A stretch of 62,965 bases of DNA, the filler included, from Hyphochytrium catenoides (taxonomy: Eukaryota; Protista; Hyphochytriomycota), in assembly GCA_900088475.1 (NCBI GenBank). It is 10 parts of 10 records of this genome, joined end to end, with 100 filler letters (N's around TTAATTAATTAA, not from the genome) between each part and the next. Parts side by side here need not be neighbours in the genome. Positions count along the whole stretch, not along the records: positions 8,558 to 21,956 come from FLMG01001912.1; positions 22,057 to 24,408 come from FLMG01002482.1; positions 24,509 to 40,439 come from FLMG01000003.1; 7 more parts are not named here. One strand, 5' to 3'. The position numbers were made by a program, and so were the translations under genes. Positions 11,574 through 24,893 of the stretch are shown here, in pieces; the stretch's first letter is position 1, and each line of letters starts with the position of its first letter. The notes under the pieces were generated by a model that searched no databases, was not told the origin of the DNA, and saw nothing but the letters and a program-made list of their open reading frames with translations.

Positions 11574-12169
11574 GGGTCTAGCTTGTCTACACGGTCCAGA
11601 TCTCCAGGCATGTCACACTCCTTGTCCGCTCTCAGCAGCATGCGGAAGTGGCTGAAGAGGAGCACTGCTTCTTCTTGTCTGGTCATCAGTTGGCTCAAGT
11701 CTGGGAGAAAGAAGATGACATGCTGATGGTCTGATGATGGAAGATTGGAAGAAGATTGGTCTTTATGGGCGTGGCTTCCCGTTAGCGGCTTTTCATCCCA
11801 TCAATGATCAGAAGCCCCTTCTGCCCTCTTCTGTCGCTGTACGAGAGTCTCACAGTTGATAGCTGACCAGCAAACAGGCAGAGGGCTTGGATGAGCAAGG
11901 GCTAAAGAAGCGGGCGGCAGAGCTCACGGCCAGCGCCTAGAAGACGTTTACTTCATCCTCTATCTGACAGCCAAGATCAGCGCTGATCCAGCCACCTCCT
12001 CACGACCTGGTAAGAATGCTATAAGCGTCATCATGCAACATCTCTGAGCTTCCTCCTGAGGACAATGGGAATGGCTGGTCCAATGATTGCCTGATCAGTA
12101 ATTTAAGACGGCACAAGGTAACCGCGGGTGGACCATCCGGAGATCTATTGCCTGCAAACGGAGGAAGCT

Positions 12170-13062
12170 ATGGGCGATTCCAAGAGGTGGGAGTTTGATG
12201 GCCCTCGTAAGTCAGCCGCGGAAGGATCAACAGTGGTCAGTCGTCAACTTCTGCTCTCAGTGGTTGTGACTCTTGTTAGTCCAGACACTCAGTCGCCTTT
12301 ATGTGGCAGGGAAACCGGGCTCCGGACGCGCCAGCTGTTAGGCCCGTCGTAGCAGCAAAGTTTGACTTCAAAGATTTACAGTCCAGGGTAGTCTTCGGCA
12401 CCGTCGTAGGAATGATGAGTGGGATTTCCTTTGGCCTGAGTACGTTTGCCTTTCGACTGCGATCTCGCTCAACCTCAAATGCCCTCCATCTCTTGCTTTT
12501 CACTTCTTCCTGTCTTCGATTCGCTCTCTTTGTCTCTCTGCCTGTCTCTCTCACTCTCTCTATGTCTGTCTCTCTCTCTCTCGCTCCTTTCCTATATGGC
12601 TTTTTGGTTCTGCTTGCTTACTATCCTCGTTGTCACGTGTATAACTTTGCCTCGACTGACTCTTATCGTCGTCTTAGTGGATCATTATAACAAAGTGCAG
12701 AGGATGACCAATCTGAGGACCACTCGAGAGAGAACTCACTTTGTCATAAATGGAACCGCTCGCGCTGCGGGAATGTTCACAGGGTATGTCCCGAACACAA
12801 GGGAGGAGGCGGATGTGGCAAAGGCATGGGCAAGATTGTGCTAAACTGGTGCTTTACACACAGGTTCTATGCTGGCTACCAAGCTCTCCGATATGGGCTG
12901 GACACCTTCCGAGAGAAGACACCCGTCAACGCTGCAATTGCGGGCGGGACTGCTGCCCTTCCGGTTCTCCTCTGGAACCGCCAAGTCTTGCGGTCAAATC
13001 TCCCATACCTTCTTATCCTCGTGGGCCTGGACGTATACCACAGCGAGTACAAATTCTCCTAG
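12170..13062 (+). CDS. Small membrane protein, Tim17/Tim22/Tim23-family-like; 4 exons (last two 12678-12783 and 12864-13062; first intron boundaries ambiguous)
   Basis: VVFGTVVGMMSGISFGL (GxxxG repeats) ... AAGMFTG|FYAGYQALRYGLDTFREKTPVNAAIAGGTAA; GT-AG introns. Confidence 0.65.
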
Positions 13063-14463
13063 ATATAATCAACGGCAAATGCTATTGGGGAAACATCTTG
13101 GCTGACAGCAGCTAGGAGCAACAACCCCAAAAAGAATTGGAGCCTTTCATCGGCTCAAGGGCAGCACTCTCTGTGACAAGACCCACAGGGGATGGATAGG
13201 ATTCCGCCTATTGTGAAGCAGAAGGTCTAGGGTAACCCTCTTCTTTCTGCACGGACTTTTTTGCTCGTCAGTGGTGAACGCGTGGTGACTAGTGACTCCT
13301 TACACTTGATGTGAAATGGCATGAGCATCCCAAGCTTCGGTTATCGGCCACGGAAGTACTAAGTAATCTATGCTTTTCTCTCTCATGACCACGTGAACAT
13401 GAACGCCAGCAACAGCATCAGAAGGTTTCATGACTCTATCTCTTCCGTGGAAAGAGGGACTGTCTTTTTGTGAGATTTAGAGAGGAGAGCGCTGGTTTAA
13501 TGAGCTACGTACATGTGCCTCTGATGATAGATTGCTACTAGTTCTTAGCTAGTTCTCTCTGACAGCCAAGACTCGGTGCTGCCTTCTGTCCGTCCTACAC
13601 TGTGGCCAGCCGCCATGTAGTTGGAAGTGCATGTGCTCCTAAATTATCTAATGGTCAGGGACTAGCAGTCATCATCTTCGTGGGCGAGTCTATCAAAGAA
13701 TCATCATCAATGAGCAACGCTGTATTGTATTCTTCAATAAAACTATATAAAAATAGTCTCTCCGACTATTGGAGTTTGCGTAACCTATACAACGAATATA
13801 CTTGTACAATTCAGTTTATTGTGGATTAATGTGATTGATGAATAAAGTGTTCAGTATCTGTTCCTAGTTTTATGAGGGTTTATTATTGCGCGCGATTATT
13901 GCGAAAGCAAGAAGCTCGAGTTATTAGAGGAACTGCAGCAGGAGCTAGCTGTTGAGGATCAGAAGGCGAAGATTTTCAAGCTTGTCGGAGCAAATGCTGC
14001 TGATGATGGTCAATGGAAAAGCTCTGTCATCTAGCACTCGTCTGCAGAGCGTGCGTGACTGGTGACGCTACTTTGCCCTAGGCAGACATCCACTTTGTGG
14101 CAACAAGGGAAGAGGCGCGGGAACAGAAAGGACCAGCTTTTGATCGGCTGTGTAGTCACTGTCAACTTCCACTCTGCACAAAGTTTGCTGGCTGGTCCTC
14201 AGAACTTAAGATACTGATCTTAACCTCTGCCCTTGGACCATTGAAAGCCAGAATGAGAGCGTAAGGGTCACAACTGACCTGGCCTGGCCTGCGCGCGGCA
14301 GTTTTGTAGTATCGTGATGTGATGCGTAACAACAAAGTCTTAGGAACGAAGCCTTCCTGTGCGGTCTAGAGAGCCGGTAGTTCTCCTCGCGTAACCTCAC
14401 ATAGATCCTCTTGGCTAATATCTGTGCCCGTTATTTTGCCTAAAGAGCAGTTTCCTAGCAGCA

Positions 14464-17400
14464 ATGCTGACGATATTCAACGCAGTTGCGCCGTCGCAAT
14501 CCGCAGCTCCTCCGTCGGCTCAACAGAGCAGCAGGGTTGATAGAGAGGATGAAGCTTCAACGCGGCCTTCGCCGTCTGTCTCCTATTCAAAGGAGCAGGT
14601 TGCTCTCACGATGGAAAGACTTAGAAATGCAACACTGCTCTCGGAAAAGAAAGACGCCATTCAGATCTTACAGGTTGCTAGTGCACATGTTTCCCTAGCT
14701 ATGAAGCCATTTGCCGTGACACCTGCTGGTCCGAGGATTATCGTCCCCACCTTTCTTTCTTTTTACTCCTCTGTTCCCTCTTCGATGCTCTTAGAAGGCT
14801 TCTCTTCCCACATTTCTATTTCTGGCGGTTGCGCTGATCAATCCTTGACCGGACCTGGTGCAGGACGCGGCCCCGAAGTTTCAAGCCGAGATTGGTAAAG
14901 GCATCGGCATCATAGTCGAAGCCCTGCATTCCGACCCTCGAGATGATGAAGTCATTCAGCAAGCGCTTGAGATACTTCAGGAGCTTGTCACTACCAAGGT
15001 GAGAAACCCAGCGCATTAAGAGCTATTCATCAGGAGCGATGTGAAGAAGAGAGATATATCGACGGGTTGACTGGCGCAAACGCCACAAGGTGCATCCACT
15101 CAATCTCTGAAAGTTATGCATTATAGGACGAGTCCTTAATAGGGGACAAAACTCTGACGGTGGAGGAGATAGCTGATCTAGCACGGTATGAGCATCGCCT
15201 ATTGTCGCGCCACTCTACGAAGGCTCTTCCAAAGCCATGCACCTTTGTCGCGAGTTCTTATTCTCTTCTTCCCTTTCAACTCGCCTGCTCCAAGTTACGA
15301 TTGTCCCAATCTTTGCTCCTTGTTAGCTTGACCACCGCTGTGCTTATGAGTGTCCGGAACATAGGGAACATCAGTTCATGGCAAACAGTCAGGAGTTTAT
15401 AAAGGATAAGAAGAACGTGGAGATCTTGTTAGGGCTTCTAGAGGAGCAAGCACCATGGATTCGCTATCCTACGATAGAGTTGTTGAAGACATTGCTTTGG
15501 AACTCGGTGCGTACAACGCCAACTAAGTATACTCCTCAGATTCTCCGGCTTGCTTACCGCCCTCATTGGGGATCTCGTGGCAGAGTGTTAGGTTGCAGGC
15601 TGTCATCCTCCAATGTCCTGCCGCGATGATGAAGCTAATGGATGGTACGCTTGTTCTCCCATATCGATGCATCGTCCTTTAGAGAGCATGATACTGACTC
15701 TTTTATCTAATACGCTACCCTACGGGCACGCCCAGTCCTGGACGATGATCACGACCACATTCGTTATGCTCTACTATGTGTACTTATTAAGCTAACGGAG
15801 AAGAATCAGGAGCTACAGCAGTTCATGGCGTTCAATGAAGGTTTCGAAAGGCTTTTTCTGATCATGCACCGAGAAGGGATGAAACAGGTATGGGAGCTTT
15901 AACGGATGTCGCAGCGTGGGGCCCGAGATTTTCATTTCACCTCCCCGAACCGCCTTATGCTCTGCCATGTCGACTTCTCCTTATAGGGAACAGCAACCGT
16001 GGCAGACTGTCTCCAGATAGTCAGCAATATTTTGGCCGACAACGATGTGACACAAAAATACTTCCTTCATAGCCCTTGTGGTGAGCCCGCTTGATCGTCT
16101 TTGCGATAGATACAAGGCTGATGTCGCTTGTCTTTATCCCAAAACGCCACTACCGCTCCACGATTCCTTTCGCGAAATTGCGCGTGGATGATGGGACCTA
16201 CAACTTTCCTGCTTCCTAAATCGCGCGCTTGCCGTTCGAACAGTTGGGAATATGCCAGATCTTCTCTCTCTTCAGGGCTCAGAACCACCACTGCAGCTAG
16301 AGCCGTCTTCTCCTAGACCTGAAGGGCTGAGTAGAGGCCGGTCTATGTCTGTGGACTTAGACGAGAGCAAAAGAAAGTGTCTCGCCGTCAGCTTGAAGGT
16401 AAGATGGTCGCAACGAAGGGGAGGTTTGGTAAAGTTACATAGAGAGCCTGTAAGAGCTGTGAAGAGAAGAATCCTATGGCAAGAGAGGTTTATATATATA
16501 CACGATTGAGTCCGCTCACCAGAAATGAATCTTGCAGATTTTAGACATGATCCTGGGAGAAGTAGTGAGCACTAGCCCTGGAGACGCCGCTCAGGACCGA
16601 AAGAAAACAGAAAGAAGGATGGCACAGAACTCTTTAGCCAGCATTCCCAACCTTCTTCAGGGAGTCATTCTCCTGTCTTGCGGAAAAAAAGCAGCGGCGA
16701 TAGGTACCTCTATTTCCTCTCTGGCACACCCATGAGCGATAGGTTTCACTAATCATACCGCAATGTTCATCCTACCACCAGGTCCGGAGATACAATGCTT
16801 GGCACTGAAGGTGTTGAAGAACATTATTGAGGACAATGAGGCGGTTCAGGTGGGCNNNNNNNNNNNNNNNNNNNCCAGTGAAGAAGACTGAGCTACTCAA
16901 CCCTATATCAATGCTGGTTGAGTTAGAGCTCTCCACTACGCATGACAAGGTTATACTTGGGGGTTCTTTCCGTGTCTTCTACTTTACCTTAATGTCATCA
17001 TATCTCTCTAGGTGGGTTCAGCTGTTAGTTCCTTGCTTGACAAGCTACTCTGTGCGTCGGAGACCACGGCCATCACGTTTATCGGGCATACAATAGCTCC
17101 TCCCCCGGTGGGGGTAGATGGTAAACGGTCCTATCCGCTTTTGCTCTCTCTCGACGACTGACACCCCGCGCTTTTCCTCATTTCTCAAATCTAGTCATGA
17201 TGGCGGCACCAAAGCCCCCTGGCCAGGTGCTGGTTGAGGCTCTACTTCTTAGTCCAGTAGGGGTGCCGAGGTCTCCGCAGGCGACCGGTAAGACCTGGTC
17301 TACTGCTATCTGACTCTCCTACATTTAAGACTCAAGTTCGCTAGTACTATGGCGCGTTCCCCTCCTCTTTGTACTCGTTCTTGTCCGCTGTGGATTATGA

Positions 17401-20400
17401 TAAAATGTTCTCCCTCTTGTGAACTTGTCATTTTTTCTAGGTCTGCCGGGAATTGGCGTCCGGAGGCCATTTAGGGCATGTCGGCGACTAGAACAGGTGT
17501 TAAGAGCTAGCAATGCAGCTAAAGAACTTGCGCTGAGAATAGGAGCCAACAAGGATTCGACAGGAGGTGGGGAAGGGATGACCCTTTTCTCAGCCTCTCT
17601 CAAGCTACTTGGTCAGAGCCTCAGAACTCAGTCCCCAATTGAGCTACAGGTGCCATCCACTTCGGAAGATGCCTAGGCTTCCCATCGTCCTAGTCGTCGT
17701 CTCATTCGATGGAAGAGCTATTTTTTCCTTCTCCTTACACTTCTGCTTACTTTCAAGTCCTTTTTATAAATTTACTGCTGTTGCTCATCCTCAATAAATT
17801 TAGTAGCCTGAGGTGTTAGGCATCTCCACGACCTCTTAGCTTTACTGATAGGTAGTATGTGGGTACTGTCGAATAAGCCATCTCAGGGTGCCTTCCGCCA
17901 GCAATAATGGAGCTTACTGCCTCGGTCTGTCTCTACAGGTATCTTTGTTTCGCCTGATCACTGAATGGCTACGAGCCTGTCCAAGGGCCATCAAGGAGAT
18001 GCTGAAGACCCACGCCAATTACTACATCTTCGATGCCGTCAATGGCTCCAATTTGGCTGCAAGTGGGGCGCAAGTACTCTTCGAAGACGACTCTAAGGGC
18101 GGCAGTGAGAAGGACGAGATAACACAAATAAAGGCAAGCTCACCTGGCGGAAGATGAAGTTCTCGGTATCCTTGTCATGTTGGCGGGCTTGGGGCCTCAC
18201 CTTTCTTGTCTCTTGATGCTCTAATAACTCTCTTTCGTTCATTTGCAGTTCTACCCTCTTCTACCGCTTATAAAAGAGTCTAATTAGACTGCACACTTGG
18301 CCTTTGTTTCATTACCTTATTTCCTTACCTGCCTCTCGTCCACCCTGCAGGGCTTGGCCGCGCTTGTGCTAGGAGTGTGCATCGAGTATGTGGAGTCGAG
18401 CCCTTCGTCAGCCCCCTCGTCATCCTCTTCTGAGGGCGGAAGGGCTCTGGGCAAGGAAGCTGGGGCTAAGGCTGGTACCTCGGAAATTAGCAGGAAACGC
18501 CTGTTAGGTCTAGTAGGTAACCGGATAGGCTTGGAAGTATTCACCGACGCTATGGAGAAGTTCATGAAGATAGAAGAATTCAGGAAGGTAAGAGAAGGTC
18601 TGGGAGAGTAGTAGTGGTCACAGTTAAGCGTCACTCGACACTGTGGGTTGGGAGGAGACTGTGATGCAGGGCTTCACCCTCAACTTCATTTACCTAAAAG
18701 CTTTATAAGGACGACAGTGTCTGATCTCCACCGCTGGCGGTTCTAGGCTAGTCGTGTAGTTAGGGCGTGGACTGCAGGTCGCGAAGTAAGTGAGCACGGC
18801 CCTGCCTATCAGCTCTACGACAAGTAAGTGAACTGCTATCGATGGCTGAAAAATGACCGTCTGTTGGGGAGGGCTTTCTCCATTACGCGCCAGGGCCTCT
18901 CTTTCTAACCTGCCCATTCTTTCTATCTACACTTAGATCTAAGAAGTTTCCTGCTCAACAGCATTTTACTTATGCTTGGTTAGATCCGTCTTGGGCTACT
19001 TACTCATTCTAGGCCTCTCACTGACAGGGCCTTTACTAAGCTATATAAAGAAATTTTTGATTGTGTCCAAGAACGGATCATAGAGCTCTATACCGGGTAA
19101 GTGAACCGGGACAAGCGGGAATGCGAGGATGTACAGATACGGAGAGCCTCTGGTCATGGCAAAGTGGCTATACTCTAAGGATTCGAGCTGAGGAGCTGAG
19201 GCGGTGCCTATAATGGAGCTTGACAGGCGCTTGACATACAACTTTGCTTCCGCTTCTCGTTTCCTGCAGTGGAAATGGCGACAGGGCAGATGGAAGCTCT
19301 TCTGATCCAATGAAGGAGCTCATTAGAGTCCAGGACAAAGAACTGAAGGCTTTGAAGCAGGAGCTTAACGCCCTGAAAAGCAAGATGCCAGGCTCGGATC
19401 AAGCTGACGAGGAGGACGAGAAGGTAATATGAACCATCAAAGGAACGGACCAGGCGACTCTTGATCCCTCTCACATTTGACCACACCTACCTGGGATGTA
19501 GGCGAGACAGAAAGAGCAACAACATCGCGAGCATCTCCGAGAACTTCAGACGAAGGTATGGAATGGAGGTAGACTAGTTGTACTTGCGGCGTTCTTCAAC
19601 GTCGAGCTACAAACTCTATTCACTTACGTATATGCCTAGGATTAGCCAGCAACTTTTTGAACCACTTGCTATCAGTAACCTTTTCATGAATTCTTCGTAT
19701 GTGTCAAGCTGGACTCGACTGCTGCTGAGGCAAAACGGCTAGAGGGTTCGCTTGCTCAAGCTCAAGAGGCGCTGAAAAGGAGCCAGACAGAGTTGCAAGC
19801 GTAAGACACTCGTCTCTTTGCAACCGTTCTCCTCCTCCCTTTGCTAGGCTATTGCACCTTAGATGCATCGTAGCAACTCCTTCCTGCGCGTGATGCTTTA
19901 GACGCAATCCTCCACTCAAGGTTCAGTGGGCCCCTTCTTTCTAAACGTTTTGCCATCTATAGAGCGCAAGGAAGGCATGCTCAACAGCTTGCCAATAAGG
20001 ATCAGGAGCTAAAAGTAAGTGACCACAGCGCACAGCACCTCTGTATCTCTCTACCGATTCGCCTCATAGATCATAATTCTGGGATCTCAGACCCCCTGCA
20101 TCCATCTACGCGGAAAAGGAGGAGGGGAGGAAGGGTAGGGTGGGGTGGGATTGGGGAGTGGGAGGGGGAAAGGAGGGGAAACCAGGAAATCCTATGCTCT
20201 TGTTTATCTCCACGGACTCTTCTCTATCCTTTTTCTTTAGATATATATAGACAAAGATTTCCATCAGTACCCAGGCTATTGTCTAAACCGATATTTGTAT
20301 CTGCAGGGTCTCACCTTAGACTATCAAAATCTGGAACAGGAGCTGCAGGCAAAAGAGAAGGAGCTGAAGTCTCTCCAGACAGCCCAGAGTAAGGACATGG

Positions 20401-21956
20401 TTATCGGCAATACTAGGCAGGCTTGTCACAGTGCTGGAAGGCAGGAGTGATAGGAAGCTGCTATAGATGGGTGGAGGTTAGGAAGGGACTAGTGCGGTTA
20501 CGATGGGGAATTAGAGCATTATAAGCACTTCCAGAATGACCTTGACTTCTGCTTAACCGCTGCATCTGCCCCTCTTCATTCAGAACCATCCGATCTGTCT
20601 GGAAACCATAGAGCGGAAAGCTTGGAGGTACGGATAGATGCCTCTCTTATGTCTCTGTTCTGGTCTCCCCATTGCAGCCTCATGGTCATAGATCTTCCTA
20701 TGCCTAATCTTGATAATCCTGCTGCCAGAAAGCTTTGAAACAGCGGGAATTGGAGCTCTCTCAGACTAGAACTGAACTCACAGCCCTTCGTAAAGCCAAA
20801 CTGGAGCTAGAACAGGTTGCCTGCTTTCTCTTTGAACTTCTGAGCTTCACTCCGACTTAAGTCTCGTTTCCGGGTCGTTGGTTGTCAACCGCTTGTAATT
20901 TTATCTTATTGCAACTTGAGACCTAAACTCACATCTTCTTTGAAGCAGAAAGCTGCCGAGCTTACAGAAACCAAGAATCAGCTGCAAGCCCTACGGCTCG
21001 ACGGGGCTAGAGAGGCCGCGGATCATACCGCACTTCAAGATGCACAGAATGAGCTCGCAAAGGTCAGTTGATTAAAGAGGTAACCGAATAGGGGAAGCAA
21101 TAGTTCCAAAAGGGAGAGTCCTTGCAGGGAGTTAAGAACGAAATAAGTATCGGGTGGAAGATAAACTTAAGAGAAATAAAGCACTCCGTCAGACATTTCT
21201 AGCAGAAAGGGTTCTAAGAGACATGGGTATCTTTCCCTGGCTAGGTGCGCCAGGCAGCGTCACAGCGCGAACACGAGTTGGCACGCTTGACGGGGGAGTT
21301 GCAGCAAAGTCAGGGCCTCCTACAGCAGCTCCAGATGGTACGCTTGCTTTCAGATTACCGTCTCCGCTAACCTTAGACGTTTGGGCATTGTTGTCAGCTC
21401 CGTCTGCGGTGGTATTGATGTCGCATCCCTTCTCGTTGCAGTCTCAAGCTACACTTGGGCAAAAGGAGGCCGAGCTCAACAGAGCAAAGGAGTCTCTGGA
21501 AGACTACGAAAAGCTAAGGCAAGAGACTGAACAGGTCAGACTGCTCGAACATCGCGACCCTAGGGGGTTATGTCACCTACCAACGTTTGATTATAGTCTT
21601 TTCTCTAGTCCATTGGCTTCTGTTGCTCTGTTTTTGTCTTTGTGTCCCTTGGCGGTAGTTGGTTCCCGTCATACTTATGGTTTCTCCATTTCCATGCTGA
21701 CACAACAATAGTTAAGGCAACAACTAGCAGAGGCCACGACAGGACTTCAGTACATGGAGGCGTGGAGACAGGAAGTGGAAAGGGTAGGAACTAAGGACGT
21801 ACGATACTTCCTTGCAGGATCAGGGTCTGATTAATTCCTCTGTCCTCACTCTTGGTCTACCTTTGCAGGTTCAGGGCCTTTTAGCACAACAGTCAGCCCA
21901 AGTGTTGTCTTTGCAGCAGCAGTTGGCGGCAAGTGGGGAAGGTGTAGCTGTCCAGC
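14464..21956 (+). CDS. USO1: Vesicle-tethering protein USO1/p115 (armadillo head + coiled-coil tail), more than 25 exons, 3' end truncated by the linker
   Basis: ERLRNATLLSEKKDAI; VEILLGLLEE...IRYPTIELL; ILQCPAAMMKLMDVLDDDHDHIR; NQELQQFMAFNEGFERLFLIM; VADCLQIVSNILADN; IKGLAALVLGVC; NRIGLEVF; then a series of in-phase coiled-coil exons at 19270-21956. Confidence 0.93.
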
Positions 21957-22056
21957 NNNNNNNNNNNNNNNNNNNNNNNNNNNNNNNNNNNNNNNNNNNN
22001 TTAATTAATTAANNNNNNNNNNNNNNNNNNNNNNNNNNNNNNNNNNNNNNNNNNNN
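21957..22056. other. Artificial contig linker
   Basis: 44 N + TTAATTAATTAA + 44 N. Confidence 0.98.
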
Positions 22057-22448
22057 TATATATAGAGAGAGAAACTTTGCTAGCACGACATCTTATCTCT
22101 TTCTCTTCTCTTTCTCTCTCTCCCCCCTGTCCTATTATCAAGAAAGAATAGCGAGATAAGAAGAGAGAGAAAGAGGTAGACTTCACCGAGGGGGGGAGAG
22201 AGAGAGAAAGAAGAAGAGAGTGAGGGATAGAGAAGGGAGAGCGGGAGAGAGAGAAGAGAGACATAGAATGACTGTTGGCTACTGACGCCTAATCGGAGAA
22301 AGACGAAGAGAAAGAGAGATAAAGAAATGAGATAGAGAAAGAGTAGCGAGAGAGAGAAAACATAGAGGGGAGAGGGACTTAAAAACAGGGAGAGAGATGG
22401 AGGAGAGAAAGAGAGAGAGAGAAAAGAAAAAGAGAGAGAGAGAGACGT

Positions 22449-22814
22449 CTAGTTTATTTGTCGCTTGAGGTAGAAGAGAAGATACGCTTGCTGCTTGAGA
22501 ACTTCTCCCTCCGGAGCCTTGACAACCCGATCGTCGTCATAGTGATACCACTGGCAAGAGAGAGAGAGAGAGGAAGAGAGAGAGAAACAGAGAGAGAGAG
22601 AGAAAAGGAGTTAGTAAGAAAGAGAGAGAACAGAAAGTTAGTAAGAGTGACCAGGAAGACAGAAAAGAGAGAGAGATGGGAAGAGATAGGGATAAAGGAG
22701 AGGGAAAAGAGAAAACAAGGGAGGAAGTTGCAAAAACATTAAGAGGGAGACAGAAGTGATGGAAAGAGAAGGCAGAATAAAGAGAGAGAGAAAAGTGACG
22801 GCAAGAGAACGCAG

Positions 22815-22865
<51 letters not shown>

Positions 22866-23473
22866 GACAGAGAGAGAATGTGTTTGTGTGTGTATATGAG
22901 AGAGAGAGAATGAAAAGAGAGAGAGAGAGAGGAAGAACCTGTCCATATTTATCCTTGCAATAGCACGTATAATGGCCGCCCGTGAGCGTCACCCCGTGAT
23001 GAGCAATGACTAAAAAGCAGAGAAAGAGAGAGAGTGAAAGAAAAGGAAGCGAGAGAGAGAGACAGTGAGAAAGGGAGAGAAGACGAGAAGACAAGACGGG
23101 AAGGAAGAAACGATATGGCAGTCTTTTCCTCAGCCAGACTATTCCTAAGTTCTTCTCTCTCACTCTCTCTGTCACTCAGTGTCTCTCTCTCTTTCTGTGT
23201 GTACGTCTCTCTCTCTCTCTTTCTTTCTTTCTCTCTCTCTCCTGCTTTTCACTCTCTTCTCTCTAGTTCTTTCTCTTCTCTTTGTCTGCCTCTTGCGTGT
23301 TCTCTGTCTCTCCCTCTCCCTTCTTCTTCTCTCTCTCTCCCCTTCTTCTTCTCTCTCTCCCTTTCTCTCTCTTTACCTGTTAGCAGTTCATAGTCGGAGA
23401 CAGTCTTCCCTTTCGGCCCTTGACTGGACATAAGATCCGCCGTCACACGGAGAACACTAGGATACTGCAGAGG

Positions 23474-23523
<50 letters not shown>

Positions 23524-23642
23524 GGTAAGAAGGAGGACGAAGAGAGAGTGGTTGGAGGTTTAGTGTAGGGAGAGACTGCTGAAAAGAGAGACAGTGGGCT
23601 TATCCGACGAGTTGGACTCGTTCGAGGGAAGAGAAAGAGAGA

Positions 23643-23680
<38 letters not shown>

Positions 23681-23714
23681 GGACTCGTTCGAGGGAAGAG
23701 AGAAAGAGAGATTG

Positions 23715-23788
<74 letters not shown>

Positions 23789-24211
23789 TCCCAACCGAAA
23801 CAGGCTTTGAGATCTTCAGCGCTCCAACTGCTGGGTCATAACTGAAACGCTGAAATGATGGAAATAAAGAGTGGCAGACAAAGTCAGCGGAGAGGGAGAA
23901 AGAAAGAAAGCAAGAGAGAGAGAGAGAAAAGGAAAGAGAGAGAGAAAGAGTGAAGAGAGAGAGACAAAGCAGTGAATAGAGAAGAGAGCCAAAAGCGAAG
24001 AAGAGGGCAGGAAAGAGATGGAGAGATGGAACATAGGCTTGAAGAAGCAAAAAAGAGAGAGAGAGGGAGAGAGACAGAGAGAAAGAGTATGCGGCAGTCA
24101 AAACATAAGGAGAAGAGTGAAAAGAAAAGGGTGCTGGAAAGACTGAAGAGTAAGGAGAGTGATCACACGGGGGCAGCGAGGCAACAAGAAGAAAGCAAAA
24201 GAGGGAGAGAA

Positions 24212-24255
<44 letters not shown>

Positions 24256-24352
24256 CGAGAGAGATCGATGTGTGTCCTTCTCTGCTGACCTTAAGGTGCA
24301 GGGTCATCACCAACGGCAACGTTTCAAGAGAGACTTTCTTCCATGCTTGGCC
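22449..24352 (-). CDS. Ubiquitin-specific protease (peptidase C19, USP10/Ubp3-like), 3' part; exons 24290-24352, 23796-23849, 23377-23464, 22939-23009, 22449-22550
   Basis: LETLPLVMTLHLK|RFSYD..ALKISKPVS|YP...YELLT|VIAHHGVTLTGGHYTCY...|WYHYDDDRV...AYLLFY: USP His box and Asp box. Confidence 0.9.
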
Positions 24353-24408
24353 CTACACCCGTTAAAGGAGAGACGGAGACATCGGAAGAGAGAAAGAGAG
24401 AGAGGAGC

Positions 24409-24508
24409 NNNNNNNNNNNNNNNNNNNNNNNNNNNNNNNNNNNNNNNNNNNNTTAATTAATTAANNNNNNNNNNNNNNNNNNNNNNNNNNNNNNNNNNNN
24501 NNNNNNNN
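24409..24508. other. Artificial contig linker
   Basis: 44 N + TTAATTAATTAA + 44 N. Confidence 0.98.
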
Positions 24509-24635
24509 GCTCGACCCAATGGAAAGAGAGAAGGGACGTGACTCTAAGCAGAATAGCGGCAAGACGCAAAGGGCCCTAGGCTCTCTCTCTCTCTCCAGTT
24601 TACTTAATACAGCGCAAGCTGAGGACGGGTCTAAC

Positions 24636-24893
24636 CTGAAATGCCATAGAGTTCATCAGCATGAGGAAGACGCGGAGTGGGAGCGTGGCCTTGTAAGCTC
24701 TGTGAGACCATAGGCGATGAGCTCCAGCAGTGATGCCCAGGCCACTCAAAAACCAGAGAGAGATCCACAAGACGAGAATCTGGGACAGTCCCGCGGAAGG
24801 AAGCAGGAAGAGCAGCGCGTACAGGGCGCCGAGGTGCCAGGCCAAGAGTACAAAGACATTGTACCAGACAACCTCGCTCCATTGGAAGCTCAT
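24636..24893 (-). CDS. Acyl-CoA delta-9 desaturase, 5' exon (the rest lies beyond the linker)
   Basis: LSGLGITAGAHRLWSHRAYKATLPLRVFLMLMNSMAFQ is the first histidine box of SCD/Ole1-type desaturases, followed by a GT donor. Confidence 0.92.
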
